IMG/VR virus record: IMGVR_UViG_3300042564_002819
Coordinates: 248,001 to 312,000 of that record
Length of the DNA stretch: 64,000 nucleotides
Reading direction: 5' to 3' (one strand)
Both the position numbers and the translations under genes were made by a program. Below are positions 10,006-18,958 of this stretch, in pieces (the first letter of the stretch is position 1; each line of letters begins with the position of its first letter). The notes beneath the pieces are model-generated. The model was not told where the DNA came from, did not search any database, and was given only the letters and a program-made list of their open reading frames with translations.

Positions 10006-10578
10006 ATGAAGAAAATCTTAACAGACTGCGATGGTTGCACGTTTGATTGGGAAACTCCCTTCCACGAATGGATGGTTGAAAAAGGCTATAGCAAGGTTGT
10101 GCATGATACATATAACCTCGACATAGCCTATGCTATTCCGAAAAGTGAAAAGCGTGATCTTGTTCGTGATTTTAACGAAAGTGCTTGGATCAGTAACTTG
10201 CCAGCTTTTCGTGATGCTCGCAGTGGAATAGCACGTTTAGTTGAAGCCGGTTATACGTTTGATGCTATTACTAGCCTAAGCAAAGATCCGTTTGCACATT
10301 CTCTGCGATGGACTAATCTTCGTTCTCGTTTTGGAACTGATGCATTTGAACACTTAATCTGTCTCGATACTGGTGCAGACAAAGACGAAGCATTGGAAAA
10401 GTACGCCGACACTGGGTTATGGTGGATCGAGGATAAGCCAGAAAACTGCGACACTGGTTTAAAATTTGGTCTACGGCCGATCTTGATTGACCATTCACAC
10501 AATCAGTGGTATACTAATCCAGCAGTGATTCGTGTCAAAACATGGAAAGAAATCTGTGAGGTAGTTCTCGGTGAGTGA
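10006..10578 (+). CDS. HAD-family nucleotidase-like protein
   Basis: ILTDCDG motif I; WIEDK motif. Confidence 0.8.
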   Translation: MKKILTDCDGCTFDWETPFHEWMVEKGYSKVVHDTYNLDIAYAIPKSEKRDLVRDFNESAWISNLPAFRDARSGIARLVEAGYTFDAITSLSKDPFAHSLRWTNLRSRFGTDAFEHLICLDTGADKDEALEKYADTGLWWIEDKPENCDTGLKFGLRPILIDHSHNQWYTNPAVIRVKTWKEICEVVLGE

Positions 10579-10750
10579 TACGCACGAACAGCTAAAACTA
10601 GCTTGGGCTATTTATTTGCAAGAAAACGATAAGTTTGAAGCAAAAGGCATCAAGACTAGTGCTGTTCGTGCGAGACAAGCACTCAACAACATGAAAGATC
10701 TTATCACAGAACGAAGAAAAGAAATACAAGAAAAGAAAAGTGACCTATAA
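10571..10750 (+). CDS. Histone H1-like (Hc1-type) small protein
   Basis: Not in the ORF track; GTG start, 59 aa, KFEAKGIKTSAVRARQALNNMKDLITERRKEI. Confidence 0.65.
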   Translation: MSDTHEQLKLAWAIYLQENDKFEAKGIKTSAVRARQALNNMKDLITERRKEIQEKKSDL

Positions 10751-10773
10751 TAAATACAGTATAGGAGAACAGC

Positions 10774-11046
10774 ATGAACACACTAAAAGATCTTAGAAAT
10801 TACATTAAGTTAGAGTATGGTATTGATCCTGTGATGTTTGATGGAAAAACACTAGAATACAGAGCTGTTTCATTTGAACGTAACGAATCACCGTACATTT
10901 ACGTAAACAGAGAAACAATGTCTGACATGTGGACTGTAAGACGTAAAAACCATAGTATTGATTTTTTTAGAACACGTGAGTTAGAAAAAGCTATTTCTCC
11001 TTCTGGAAGCTTATTGTACTACTTTATACCGGAGTCTAGATTTTAA
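10774..11046 (+). CDS. Hypothetical protein
   Basis: AGGAG SD; TAAATA upstream. Confidence 0.7.
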   Translation: MNTLKDLRNYIKLEYGIDPVMFDGKTLEYRAVSFERNESPYIYVNRETMSDMWTVRRKNHSIDFFRTRELEKAISPSGSLLYYFIPESRF

Positions 11047-11369
11047 TGAATCAAGAAAACATCGATTATCTATATAATATTGGTAAACGTGTAGAATATT
11101 ATTTCAATATAAGAAAAAAAGCAGTTAATTTTATTTTATCAAACAAAATAACAAATAACGATTTGTCTGTTCATTTAGTATTAATGTCGGCTATTTGGGC
11201 AGCAACACAGATTGGTGATGAATTAACCCAAGAAGATTTACTAGTATTGTTTGGACTTACTAGTAATTTTAATGACGAATTTAATCAGCAAGTTATGAAA
11301 ATGCACCCAGACCAAGCACACTTAAGTTTAGAAGAAATCTTTAAGGCTGTAGTAGAAAATTTTAAATAA
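11046..11369 (+). CDS. Hypothetical protein
   Basis: TAATG overlap. Confidence 0.65.
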   Translation: MNQENIDYLYNIGKRVEYYFNIRKKAVNFILSNKITNNDLSVHLVLMSAIWAATQIGDELTQEDLLVLFGLTSNFNDEFNQQVMKMHPDQAHLSLEEIFKAVVENFK

Positions 11370-11379
11370 TGGAAAAAAA

Positions 11380-11574
11380 ATGTACTCAATAAGCAGAAAT
11401 CACCACAATACTCCTCAAAATCTTATAGAAGAATTTATATCCAAAGGCGGACAAGTAAAAGTCTGTCCAGTAGGTGAACGCACAGAAGACATAGAATACA
11501 CTGGCGGATTCTATGGAAAAAGAAAAAAGAAAACAGAAACAGTAGACGTTGAAATCAACGAAGATGAAAGTTAA
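11380..11574 (+). CDS. Hypothetical protein
   Basis: IEEFISKGGQVKVCP motif typical of small phage proteins. Confidence 0.65.
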   Translation: MYSISRNHHNTPQNLIEEFISKGGQVKVCPVGERTEDIEYTGGFYGKRKKKTETVDVEINEDES

Positions 11575-11776
11575 AGCACATCTTGTAGATATAGACTGGC
11601 CTGTTAAGCTCGGCAATCCTTGCGGAGAAATCAGTCTTCCAGTGTTGATAAGACCGATGGATATTACCTATCTACGGTTAAAAGGCATTACTGTATTTGA
11701 TTACACAGAAAGCTTAGGAATGGAAGATGAATGGGTTGATCCCGAATCATGCTATTCGCTAGGTATCGAAAAATAA
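11564..11776 (+). CDS. Hypothetical protein
   Basis: ORF packed between neighbours. Confidence 0.55.
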   Translation: MKVKAHLVDIDWPVKLGNPCGEISLPVLIRPMDITYLRLKGITVFDYTESLGMEDEWVDPESCYSLGIEK

Positions 11777-11783
11777 ATAACTT

Positions 11784-11981
11784 GTGACACAAGATCAATA
11801 TAAAGAAGCCAATAGATATTATTGGATTGTTAAAGGCCAGCTAATTCCGGACGCTTGGAGCGAAAAAGACATATTGAGTGTATACAACGGCTACTTTGAA
11901 CGTATCTGGGGTAATCACGAAAATGTTGTTCACGAAGAAGGCTTTGAAGAAGCATGGTCAAAAAAAATGTCACTAAAATAA
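11784..11981 (+). CDS. Hypothetical protein
   Basis: GTG start 4 nt after TAAATA. Confidence 0.65.
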   Translation: MTQDQYKEANRYYWIVKGQLIPDAWSEKDILSVYNGYFERIWGNHENVVHEEGFEEAWSKKMSLK

Positions 11982-11984
11982 AGA

Positions 11985-12028
11985 TTTTACAAAAATTTCA
12001 CAAAATTGTCATAAAACTGTTACAATGA
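11985..12028 (+). promoter_or_regulatory. Pho boxes (four 11-bp-phased PhoB half-sites)
   Basis: TTTTACA 11985, TTTCACA 11996, TGTCATA 12007, TGTTACA 12018, directly upstream of pstS. Confidence 0.8.
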
Positions 12029-12086
12029 TGTTGTAAACTAATAATATCTTCAGAAATTGAAGATTTCATTAACAAAAGGATTAAAA

Positions 12087-13049
12087 ATGAAAACATTTAT
12101 AGCAGCGGCCGCAGTAGTCGCATTAACAGCTACGACAGCACTTGCAAGAGACAACGTACAGGTTACTGGCTCGTCAACTGTTCTACCATATGCAACTATT
12201 GTTGCTGAAGCATTTGGCGAAAACTTCGAATTCCCGTCACCGGTTGTTGAAGGCGGCGGTTCAGGTGCAGGCCGTAAGAAACTATGCGAAGGTACAGGTG
12301 AAAATACTGTAGACATTGCTAACAGCAGTTCTAAGATGAAAGAAGAAGAATATGCAGCTTGCGAAGCTGTAGTTGGCGAAGTAACTGAAGTTAGAATCGG
12401 CTATGACGGCATTGTATTTGCTTCAAATATTGACCAACTTAATATTGATAACTTAACGGTCAAGCAACTGTATAACGCACTACACGAGTCAAGCACTGCA
12501 AAACTATGGAGTGAAGTAGATTCGACACTTCCGGAAGTAGAAATCCTTGTATATATTCCAGGAACCAAGCACGGAACTCGTGAAGTGTTTGATGTAAAGG
12601 TTATGGAAGATGGTTGTAAAGCAGCTCTTGGTGTTGAAAAACTAGACGACGATCAAAAGAAGGCTTGTGTAAAAGTAAGAACTGACGGTGTAGCAATTGA
12701 CATCGACGGCGACTATACAGAAACACTTGCACGCCTTGATGCTAATAAAACTTCACTAGGTGTATTTGGTCTTAGTTTCTATCAGAACAACACAAGCAAA
12801 CTAGAAGTTGCAACAGTTGATGGAGTATTCCCAAGCGTCGAAACTATCTCAAGCGGTGATTACCCAATCAGCCGTCCATTGTTCTTCTATGTTAAGAACG
12901 CACACCTTGGAGTTATTCCAGGTCTTAAAGAATACGTCCAATTCTTTGTAAGTGATGAAATGGCAGGACCGGATGGTGCTCTAGCACAATACGGACTTGT
13001 TCCAGACCCAGAACTAGCAGCTACACAAGAGATGATTGCTAACTGGTAA
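12087..13049 (+). CDS. pstS: Phosphate ABC transporter substrate-binding protein
   Basis: Signal peptide; TGSSTVLP, GGSGAG, IANSS, GTREVF, YPISRPLFFY. Confidence 0.93.
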   Translation: MKTFIAAAAVVALTATTALARDNVQVTGSSTVLPYATIVAEAFGENFEFPSPVVEGGGSGAGRKKLCEGTGENTVDIANSSSKMKEEEYAACEAVVGEVTEVRIGYDGIVFASNIDQLNIDNLTVKQLYNALHESSTAKLWSEVDSTLPEVEILVYIPGTKHGTREVFDVKVMEDGCKAALGVEKLDDDQKKACVKVRTDGVAIDIDGDYTETLARLDANKTSLGVFGLSFYQNNTSKLEVATVDGVFPSVETISSGDYPISRPLFFYVKNAHLGVIPGLKEYVQFFVSDEMAGPDGALAQYGLVPDPELAATQEMIANW

Positions 13050-13058
13050 TTAAAAATA

Positions 13059-13088
13059 AAAATAGAGTGGCGAAAGTCACTCTATTTT
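13059..13088 (+). terminator. Intrinsic terminator
   Basis: AAAATAGAGTGGC-GAAA-GTCACTCTATTTT. Confidence 0.8.
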
Positions 13089-13124
13089 CTTGACTGATAC
13101 TAAGAAATAGCATATAAATAACTT

Positions 13125-13420
13125 GTGATGTTGAAGTTCACTGAACACGGGACAGACCCGGGGGCGGTACCCGGCGACTCCACCAAGTACACACTACCTA
13201 ATAACAGCGGCGTACCCGTGGAGTTATTAGGAGTCTTGCAAGCTAGTGTGTATTTGCTGGGGTCGAAATAGGATCGATGTACGAACTAGGCAGGATGGAG
13301 TCACCCGGCGAAAGCTCGGTTAACGCAATAAAATTATAGTCGCAAACAGCAACTATGCTCCTCAGGAGCTCATGGTAGCCTAAGGGTTACGGGGGTTAGT
13401 CGCCTAGCAACAGAAAGACT
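13125..13420 (+). ncRNA. ssrA: Two-piece (circularly permuted) tmRNA, tag ANSNYAPQELMVA
   Basis: Acceptor 3' strand CGACTCC-A-CCA ends at 13185, before the 5' strand GGGGTCG at 13259 (G3-U pair); tag ORF 13342-13383; outer ends approximate. Confidence 0.92.
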
Positions 13421-13422
13421 GG

Positions 13423-13449
13423 AAAGGGTGTCTACGGGCACCCTTTTTT
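13423..13449 (+). terminator. Intrinsic terminator after tmRNA
   Basis: AAAGGGTGTC-TACG-GGCACCCTTTTTT. Confidence 0.85.
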
Positions 13450-13524
13450 AATATGCCTTTTTAGAGTGTAACGTTTATATTAAAAATATAAATACTATTA
13501 TTACAAACAAAAGGATATGTATCA

Positions 13525-14151
13525 ATGTTTACTACAATGATTAAAAAATCAATACATAAAAGTCAGCACTGTCAGAGAAATTGGGACTTAGATAAACAAA
13601 TCTCAGAAGAAGATTTACAAGTACTAGAAACTGCGGTAACTGCCTGTCCAAGTAAACAAAATATCGTTTTTTATAAACCATATTTTATCCAAGATAGAAA
13701 AGTTATTGAAGAAATACACAACACAACTAATGGCTTTACTGTAAACTACGATACAAAAGTATCGGTAACTAATAGTCAAACACTGGCAAATCTTTTAGTA
13801 GTATTAGTTGAAGATCAATCGTGGTTTGATGAGAAATACAGAAATCTCGAAATGTTAGCATCCCAAGAAATGCAAAAAGAACATGAAATCATGCAAAGAG
13901 ACAAGCTTCTTTCTGTAGGAGTAGCAGCTGGATATCTTAATTTATCGGCTACTATGTTGGGACTATCAACTGGATGTTGCAGTTGCTTCGATGATGATAA
14001 GATAAGAAAAATTCTTAATATAAACGATTCTGTTTTGTTGTTAATGGGTATCGGATATCCAAACGATAACAAAAATCGAAGAGAGCATCACAAAGATCAA
14101 AATTTTATGTTCCCAACTTTCTCTAAAAAAATGGAAGTTATTAAAATTTAA
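13525..14151 (+). CDS. Nitroreductase-family flavoprotein
   Basis: CQRNW, ACPSKQN, GVAAGYLNLSATMLGLSTG, MGIGYP. Confidence 0.8.
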   Translation: MFTTMIKKSIHKSQHCQRNWDLDKQISEEDLQVLETAVTACPSKQNIVFYKPYFIQDRKVIEEIHNTTNGFTVNYDTKVSVTNSQTLANLLVVLVEDQSWFDEKYRNLEMLASQEMQKEHEIMQRDKLLSVGVAAGYLNLSATMLGLSTGCCSCFDDDKIRKILNINDSVLLLMGIGYPNDNKNRREHHKDQNFMFPTFSKKMEVIKI

Positions 14152-14199
14152 AAACTGTGTCAAAGTTTTAACTAATAAGGCTAGGTTACATAATACCAT

Positions 14200-14403
14200 A
14201 TGAATTGGATAGAGATCGATAAAGTGCTTTATAGAATTATAGGGCGTCACGACAATGTAGACGCAATTTATTCCGAAGCACAAAAAACATTTAAATGGGA
14301 TTTATCGCAAGTTAAAGCGGCGGTGGATCCGATATTAAAAAGACACAGCACAATTAAAATTACAGAAACTCCTAAAAAACTCACAAGGAGAAAATTAAAA
14401 TGA
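14200..14403 (+). CDS. Hypothetical protein
   Basis: 67-aa ORF. Confidence 0.6.
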   Translation: MNWIEIDKVLYRIIGRHDNVDAIYSEAQKTFKWDLSQVKAAVDPILKRHSTIKITETPKKLTRRKLK

Positions 14404-14642
14404 AAATATACACAATATCTCCTAAGCCTGCAGAATTTGTTGTAACATTTTTAACAACAGATTATCCTAGTATACTTGAACCAGGGCCCCAAGAGGGCCA
14501 ATTTTTTTTAACACAAACTGTTAAAAAATGGCAAGCCATAAATGACATAAAGCTTTTCTTAACCATAGAAAATAACATAGCTACTATGAAATTTTTAACA
14601 GACGAGGATGCAGAATTCTTTTACGAAGAGTGGGCTAAATAA
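14400..14642 (+). CDS. Hypothetical protein
   Basis: AGGAG SD. Confidence 0.65.
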   Translation: MKIYTISPKPAEFVVTFLTTDYPSILEPGPQEGQFFLTQTVKKWQAINDIKLFLTIENNIATMKFLTDEDAEFFYEEWAK

Positions 14643-14645
14643 TGT

Positions 14646-14855
14646 ATGCAAGACGAAAGCCCTAACACTCCTACTGAAGAAGAAAAGTTCGAAGTTAGCT
14701 TTAGAATTTTAGGTAACGAATTACTAGCTATGCAACTTATTAGTGCAAGCAAAAAAAAGAACTGGATAGTGTTTGGGCTAATTGCATTAATACTAATGTC
14801 TGTATTAGTAGAACGCTTATTGCCTGTTATAGACAAAATGACAACAGCATTATAG
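14646..14855 (+). CDS. Small membrane protein
   Basis: One hydrophobic helix WIVFGLIALILMSVLV. Confidence 0.65.
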   Translation: MQDESPNTPTEEEKFEVSFRILGNELLAMQLISASKKKNWIVFGLIALILMSVLVERLLPVIDKMTTAL

Positions 14856-15001
14856 CTGTTGCAAAAATAGCACACATATCAAAATTAGAGTAGCAAAACA
14901 CGTCAAACCTGTTCAAACTGGTTGCACGTTACAATAAAAACTGTATAACTACATTACAGATTCACAGAATTAACTGTGATCAGGTTTTAAAAGGATAGAT
15001 A

Positions 15002-15793
15002 ATGAAACTACTACTTTCTTCTATTGCAGCTATTGCGTTTGCTGGTGCTGCATTTGCTGCCGATGTTTCGACTGAAATTGGTGCAGACGTTACTAAAAAC
15101 ATTGCCGGAGACTACATTGTAACTCCGTCAGTCGATCTTTCTTTCGGCTCGAAAACCGAAGGTGCTACTGCATTTGGTAGCTTGGGCGTTGTTTCTGATA
15201 ACGGCGACTTGGCTGTTGATACTTGGGCGTTGGGTCTTGCATTTGGTGCTACCAGTGTTAGCTTTGGCGATCAAGAGGACTTGTTCAGCTTTGGCGGACT
15301 TGAAGTCGTTGGCGGTGATACACTTGCAACTGTTGCAGACGATCACGAGTCGATCATTGTTAAGCACGGCAGCATTGCTGGCTTGATTGGTTTCACTGAT
15401 ATCGGTGCTGATGTTTCAGAAATTGAAAACGTTCAGCTTTCGTATGCTAAAGACTACGGCAAAATTGACGTAACTTCGGCACTTGACTACAACTTGGACA
15501 CCGAAGACACTACTGTTGCTGTTTCAACTGGTGTTGAAGTTACTGAAGCAGTTTATGCTAACATGACTGTTACTTATGCAGATGCATTTGCATACGAAGC
15601 ACTTGGTGCTTATACTCTTAACGAAGCTGTAAAAGTAAGTGCTTTTGTTAACGGCGACGAAGATGAATTTGCTCAAAACGTCGGTGCCGGTGTAGTTTAC
15701 ACCAAAGACAGCTTGAGTGCATACGCAGAAGTTGGCTACAACATTGACGCAGAAGAAGTAACTCCTGCTGTTGGTATTAGCTTCTCGTTCTAA
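15002..15793 (+). CDS. Outer-membrane porin-like beta-barrel
   Basis: Signal peptide ending AFA; amphipathic strands; C-terminal GISFSF barrel signature. Confidence 0.8.
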   Translation: MKLLLSSIAAIAFAGAAFAADVSTEIGADVTKNIAGDYIVTPSVDLSFGSKTEGATAFGSLGVVSDNGDLAVDTWALGLAFGATSVSFGDQEDLFSFGGLEVVGGDTLATVADDHESIIVKHGSIAGLIGFTDIGADVSEIENVQLSYAKDYGKIDVTSALDYNLDTEDTTVAVSTGVEVTEAVYANMTVTYADAFAYEALGAYTLNEAVKVSAFVNGDEDEFAQNVGAGVVYTKDSLSAYAEVGYNIDAEEVTPAVGISFSF

Positions 15794-15825
15794 GCAATAG
15801 GGATAGGCTATACGCCGTCCGAACT

Positions 15826-15852
15826 AAAGGTCGCCTAGTGCGGCCTTTTTTT
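15826..15852 (+). terminator. Intrinsic terminator
   Basis: AAAGGTCGC-CTAGT-GCGGCCTTTTTTT. Confidence 0.8.
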
Positions 15853-15905
15853 ATATTCTTTTTTAGGTAAATATTTTTATATTTTTAAATAACCTAAGGA
15901 AAAAC

Positions 15906-16343
15906 ATGAAAAAATTACTATTAGTATTACTTTTGCTTCCAGCTATGGCGTTTGCTGAAGTAAAAACACCAACTGGTGTAGCACACGAATTAAAAATTCT
16001 TCGCGTAGTAGACGGCGACACAGTGGAATTCGAAGCAGCATTCTTGCTAGATCCACTACCTAAGAAGTTGTCATTGCGTGTATGGGGTGTAGATACCCCA
16101 GAAAAAGGTGGCAGAGCAGAATGCAAAAAAGAAGCAGACATGGGCGATGCTGCTAGTAAGTTTACAAAAGATCTTCTAGCAAAATCTAAATCAACTAAAA
16201 TTGTAATCTACGAATGGGACAAGTTTGGCGGCAGAGTTTTAGGCGATGTGTTAATTGATGGCAACAGCTTAACCAAGATGCTAATTGAAAAAGGATTTGC
16301 TAGAGAATACTACGGCGATAAAAAAACATCGTGGTGTAATTAA
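15906..16343 (+). CDS. Secreted thermonuclease (SNase family)
   Basis: Signal peptide; RVVDGDT, RVWGVDTPE, DKFGGRVLG. Confidence 0.9.
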   Translation: MKKLLLVLLLLPAMAFAEVKTPTGVAHELKILRVVDGDTVEFEAAFLLDPLPKKLSLRVWGVDTPEKGGRAECKKEADMGDAASKFTKDLLAKSKSTKIVIYEWDKFGGRVLGDVLIDGNSLTKMLIEKGFAREYYGDKKTSWCN

Positions 16344-16344
16344 G

Positions 16345-16373
16345 TTGACAACTAGAGTTACTCCTGCTATATT
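16345..16373 (+). promoter_or_regulatory. Sigma70-type promoter overlapping a 13-bp inverted repeat
   Basis: TTGACA-N17-TATATT with extended -10 TG. Confidence 0.75.
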
Positions 16374-16400
16374 AAGATATAATTTGCTAGGAGTAACTCT

Positions 16401-16787
16401 ATGTCAATGCATCTTGTTGGACCTTATTTAACTACTACTAAGTACAACTCAAAACGTAAGATTGCTAATACAAAAAAACTGCGTGATGCAAAAGCAGAGC
16501 ACGAAGCATGGCTTAAAAAGCACGGAATTGACGATGCTAGTCTTGCTAAAAAATTACCCAAGGATCGTCGAGGTAACCGTGTAAGTATACACGAAATTCC
16601 TAATTACCAAGAACACGCACCAAAAGTTAAACTCAGCAATCAAGTTGCAGGGTCTGGTGCTAAAACAGAAGAAAAACGCTACACAGGTACGCTTATTAAA
16701 GGTATTGCTACTATGCACAAAAGCAATGCTGTTCCTATTATGAACAAACAACAGGCTATCGAAGTTAGCAACATGCGTAGAGGTTAA
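16401..16787 (+). CDS. Conserved-looking phage hypothetical protein
   Basis: AGGAG SD; YTGTLIKGIATMHKSNAVP motif. Confidence 0.75.
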   Translation: MSMHLVGPYLTTTKYNSKRKIANTKKLRDAKAEHEAWLKKHGIDDASLAKKLPKDRRGNRVSIHEIPNYQEHAPKVKLSNQVAGSGAKTEEKRYTGTLIKGIATMHKSNAVPIMNKQQAIEVSNMRRG

Positions 16788-16827
16788 TCTACTGTTATAT
16801 TGCTAAAAAAGGTAGGATAAATATTAC

Positions 16828-18576
16828 ATGTTCTTAGGTTTTCTTACAATGCTAACAGCATTGAGTATCAGTGCTGTTGCAATATACTATTCGGTAGCAG
16901 GTCTTGTAGCAATATTTGCTGCGGCCGCAGTGCCTATTATTATCATGGGCAGTGTGTTAGAAATAGCAAAGTTGGTTACTGCCGTATGGTTACACTACTA
17001 CTGGGATCGTGCAGTATGGTGGTTAAAAACTTATCTACTAGTTTCTGTTGCTGTTTTGATGTTGATCACCAGCATGGGTATCTTTGGTTTCTTATCTAAA
17101 GCACACATTGATCAAACTGCCAGTGCTAAGGATGGCTTAGCAAGATTAGAACAAATTGACAACCAAATTGTTAAACAACAAAGCATCATCACCAAAGCAG
17201 AACAAGAAATTGAAAAACTTGAAATTGCTGGTACTAACCGCGATGAAGAAATACAAACACAAATTGACAAAGAGCAGTTGCGTATAGATTCTGCTTATGC
17301 TCGTATTCAGCCTGCAATTGACGAACAAAATAGTATTATTGAAAAAGAAGAACAAAGACTTGGCGGCGGTCTATCGTTGTATGAAGATCAACTAGCTACA
17401 GTTAACAGCAATTTACAAAATATCGAACAATATATTTCGTCTGACAACATCAAAGCATTGCAAGCATTGGTAGGTGTTCGTGCAGATGGCAGACTAGGAC
17501 CTGCTACCACACAAGCAATCGAAGCGTATAGAATTGCACAGACTGCTGAAAAACAAAGATTGGCAGAACTAATTGCACAAGAAAGCAGCAAACTATCCTC
17601 GCCAGTAATTGATGCAGCTCGTAGCGAAATACAACGTTTACGAAGTTTAGCTGAAACAGAAATTAAAAATTCAAATGAATTGATCAACAGACTTAGACAA
17701 CAGCTAGGTACAACTAACGAAGAAAAAGTTGCAACGGAAATAGCACAACAAAACACAGTTATTGTTGAGGCTGAAAAGGTTATATCAACTTTAGCAGAAC
17801 AAAAATACGGATTAGAAGCAGAATATAGAAAACTAGAAGCAGAAGTAGGCCCTATCAAATATCTTGCAGAATTTGTATATGGCGAGTCTGGTAACAAAGA
17901 TCTTTTAGAAGAAGCAGTGCGTTGGGTAATTATTTTAATAATTTTTGTGTTTGATCCATTGGCTGTGTTGCTGCTGATTGCAAGTCAACACACATTTAAT
18001 TTTCACAAAGAACTTCGCACAAAAGAGGATTTAAAAAATGATGTATCTGATAGACCTGATTATGAACAATCAGATAACAAAGATCTCAAAGCCACAACCA
18101 CAACCCCAACCAGTGTTGCAGCCACAGCCACAACCACAGAGAAAACCGGGCCCAACAATGGCGGAACTGAAATTGATGATACCTTGTCTAGAACAAGATC
18201 TCAAAACGGAGGACTAGACAATGATAGAATTATTCCGAAAACTAACACTGATGCAGATGCAATCGTGGGAGAACTTCGTACAGAAGACCTTGCTTCCGCC
18301 GCAGTTGAAGATGATGCAGGAGTGGAACCGCGTGAAGTATCAGATGATGAAACTCGACAAAGAAGAATAAACGAGCTAGATGCAATAGAAAGTCACGCCG
18401 AAAACAAGCTTGCAAAAATACAGTGGAAACAAGATCATCCAGATTTAACTATCAAAGAGTTTAAAGAAGCATATATAAATGGAGAGATTGATCGCCTTCC
18501 TTGGGAAGCGTATGTTCAAAACTCCGAACAAAACCCTAACAGTATCTGGAATAAAATAAGATCTGACAATGAATAA
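16828..18576 (+). CDS. Membrane coiled-coil protein with a putative peptidoglycan-binding segment
   Basis: Three N-terminal TM helices, long coiled coil, LQALVGVRADGRLGPATTQAI, fourth TM helix. Confidence 0.75.
   Translation: MFLGFLTMLTALSISAVAIYYSVAGLVAIFAAAAVPIIIMGSVLEIAKLVTAVWLHYYWDRAVWWLKTYLLVSVAVLMLITSMGIFGFLSKAHIDQTASAKDGLARLEQIDNQIVKQQSIITKAEQEIEKLEIAGTNRDEEIQTQIDKEQLRIDSAYARIQPAIDEQNSIIEKEEQRLGGGLSLYEDQLATVNSNLQNIEQYISSDNIKALQALVGVRADGRLGPATTQAIEAYRIAQTAEKQRLAELIAQESSKLSSPVIDAARSEIQRLRSLAETEIKNSNELINRLRQQLGTTNEEKVATEIAQQNTVIVEAEKVISTLAEQKYGLEAEYRKLEAEVGPIKYLAEFVYGESGNKDLLEEAVRWVIILIIFVFDPLAVLLLIASQHTFNFHKELRTKEDLKNDVSDRPDYEQSDNKDLKATTTTPTSVAATATTTEKTGPNNGGTEIDDTLSRTRSQNGGLDNDRIIPKTNTDADAIVGELRTEDLASAAVEDDAGVEPREVSDDETRQRRINELDAIESHAENKLAKIQWKQDHPDLTIKEFKEAYINGEIDRLPWEAYVQNSEQNPNSIWNKIRSDNE
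18038..18217 (+). CDS. Nested +1-frame ORF (59 aa, PQ repeats)
   Basis: GAGGA 8 nt before ATG, inside 16828-18576. Confidence 0.35.
   Translation: MMYLIDLIMNNQITKISKPQPQPQPVLQPQPQPQRKPGPTMAELKLMIPCLEQDLKTED
18221..18370 (+). CDS. Second nested +1-frame ORF (49 aa)
   Basis: GGAGG 8 nt before ATG; starts 3 nt after the first nested stop. Confidence 0.35.
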   Translation: MIELFRKLTLMQMQSWENFVQKTLLPPQLKMMQEWNRVKYQMMKLDKEE

Positions 18577-18958
18577 TATTGTTATAATTACTCCGCCGGA
18601 TATATTAAACAATGATGCATTTAGTATTTGTTTAATACATCCTAGAAAAGAGTTAAAAGAAACTTTGCACGATATTTTAACTCGCGTTGAAATAAATGTA
18701 AATGTTTTTTTATACGAATTATTAGCAGACTATGATATTGAATGGCTGTTAAATGTGGTAAAGTCATCCGATGTAGTTTTAATTGATGTTGATAATTGTG
18801 ACGTACTTACAAAAGTTTTTTCTAGTCATATTATTGCACAACCGAAAACATTTTACTTGACAAATGATAACTATACCCCTTATAATGTAATAAGCAAGAA
18901 CAGAGTTTATGATCTGTCTTGGTTAGAAAATATTCTTAATAGAGGAACAAATGAATAA
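18569..18958 (+). CDS. Hypothetical protein
   Basis: Overlapping operon packing. Confidence 0.7.
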   Translation: MNNIVIITPPDILNNDAFSICLIHPRKELKETLHDILTRVEINVNVFLYELLADYDIEWLLNVVKSSDVVLIDVDNCDVLTKVFSSHIIAQPKTFYLTNDNYTPYNVISKNRVYDLSWLENILNRGTNE

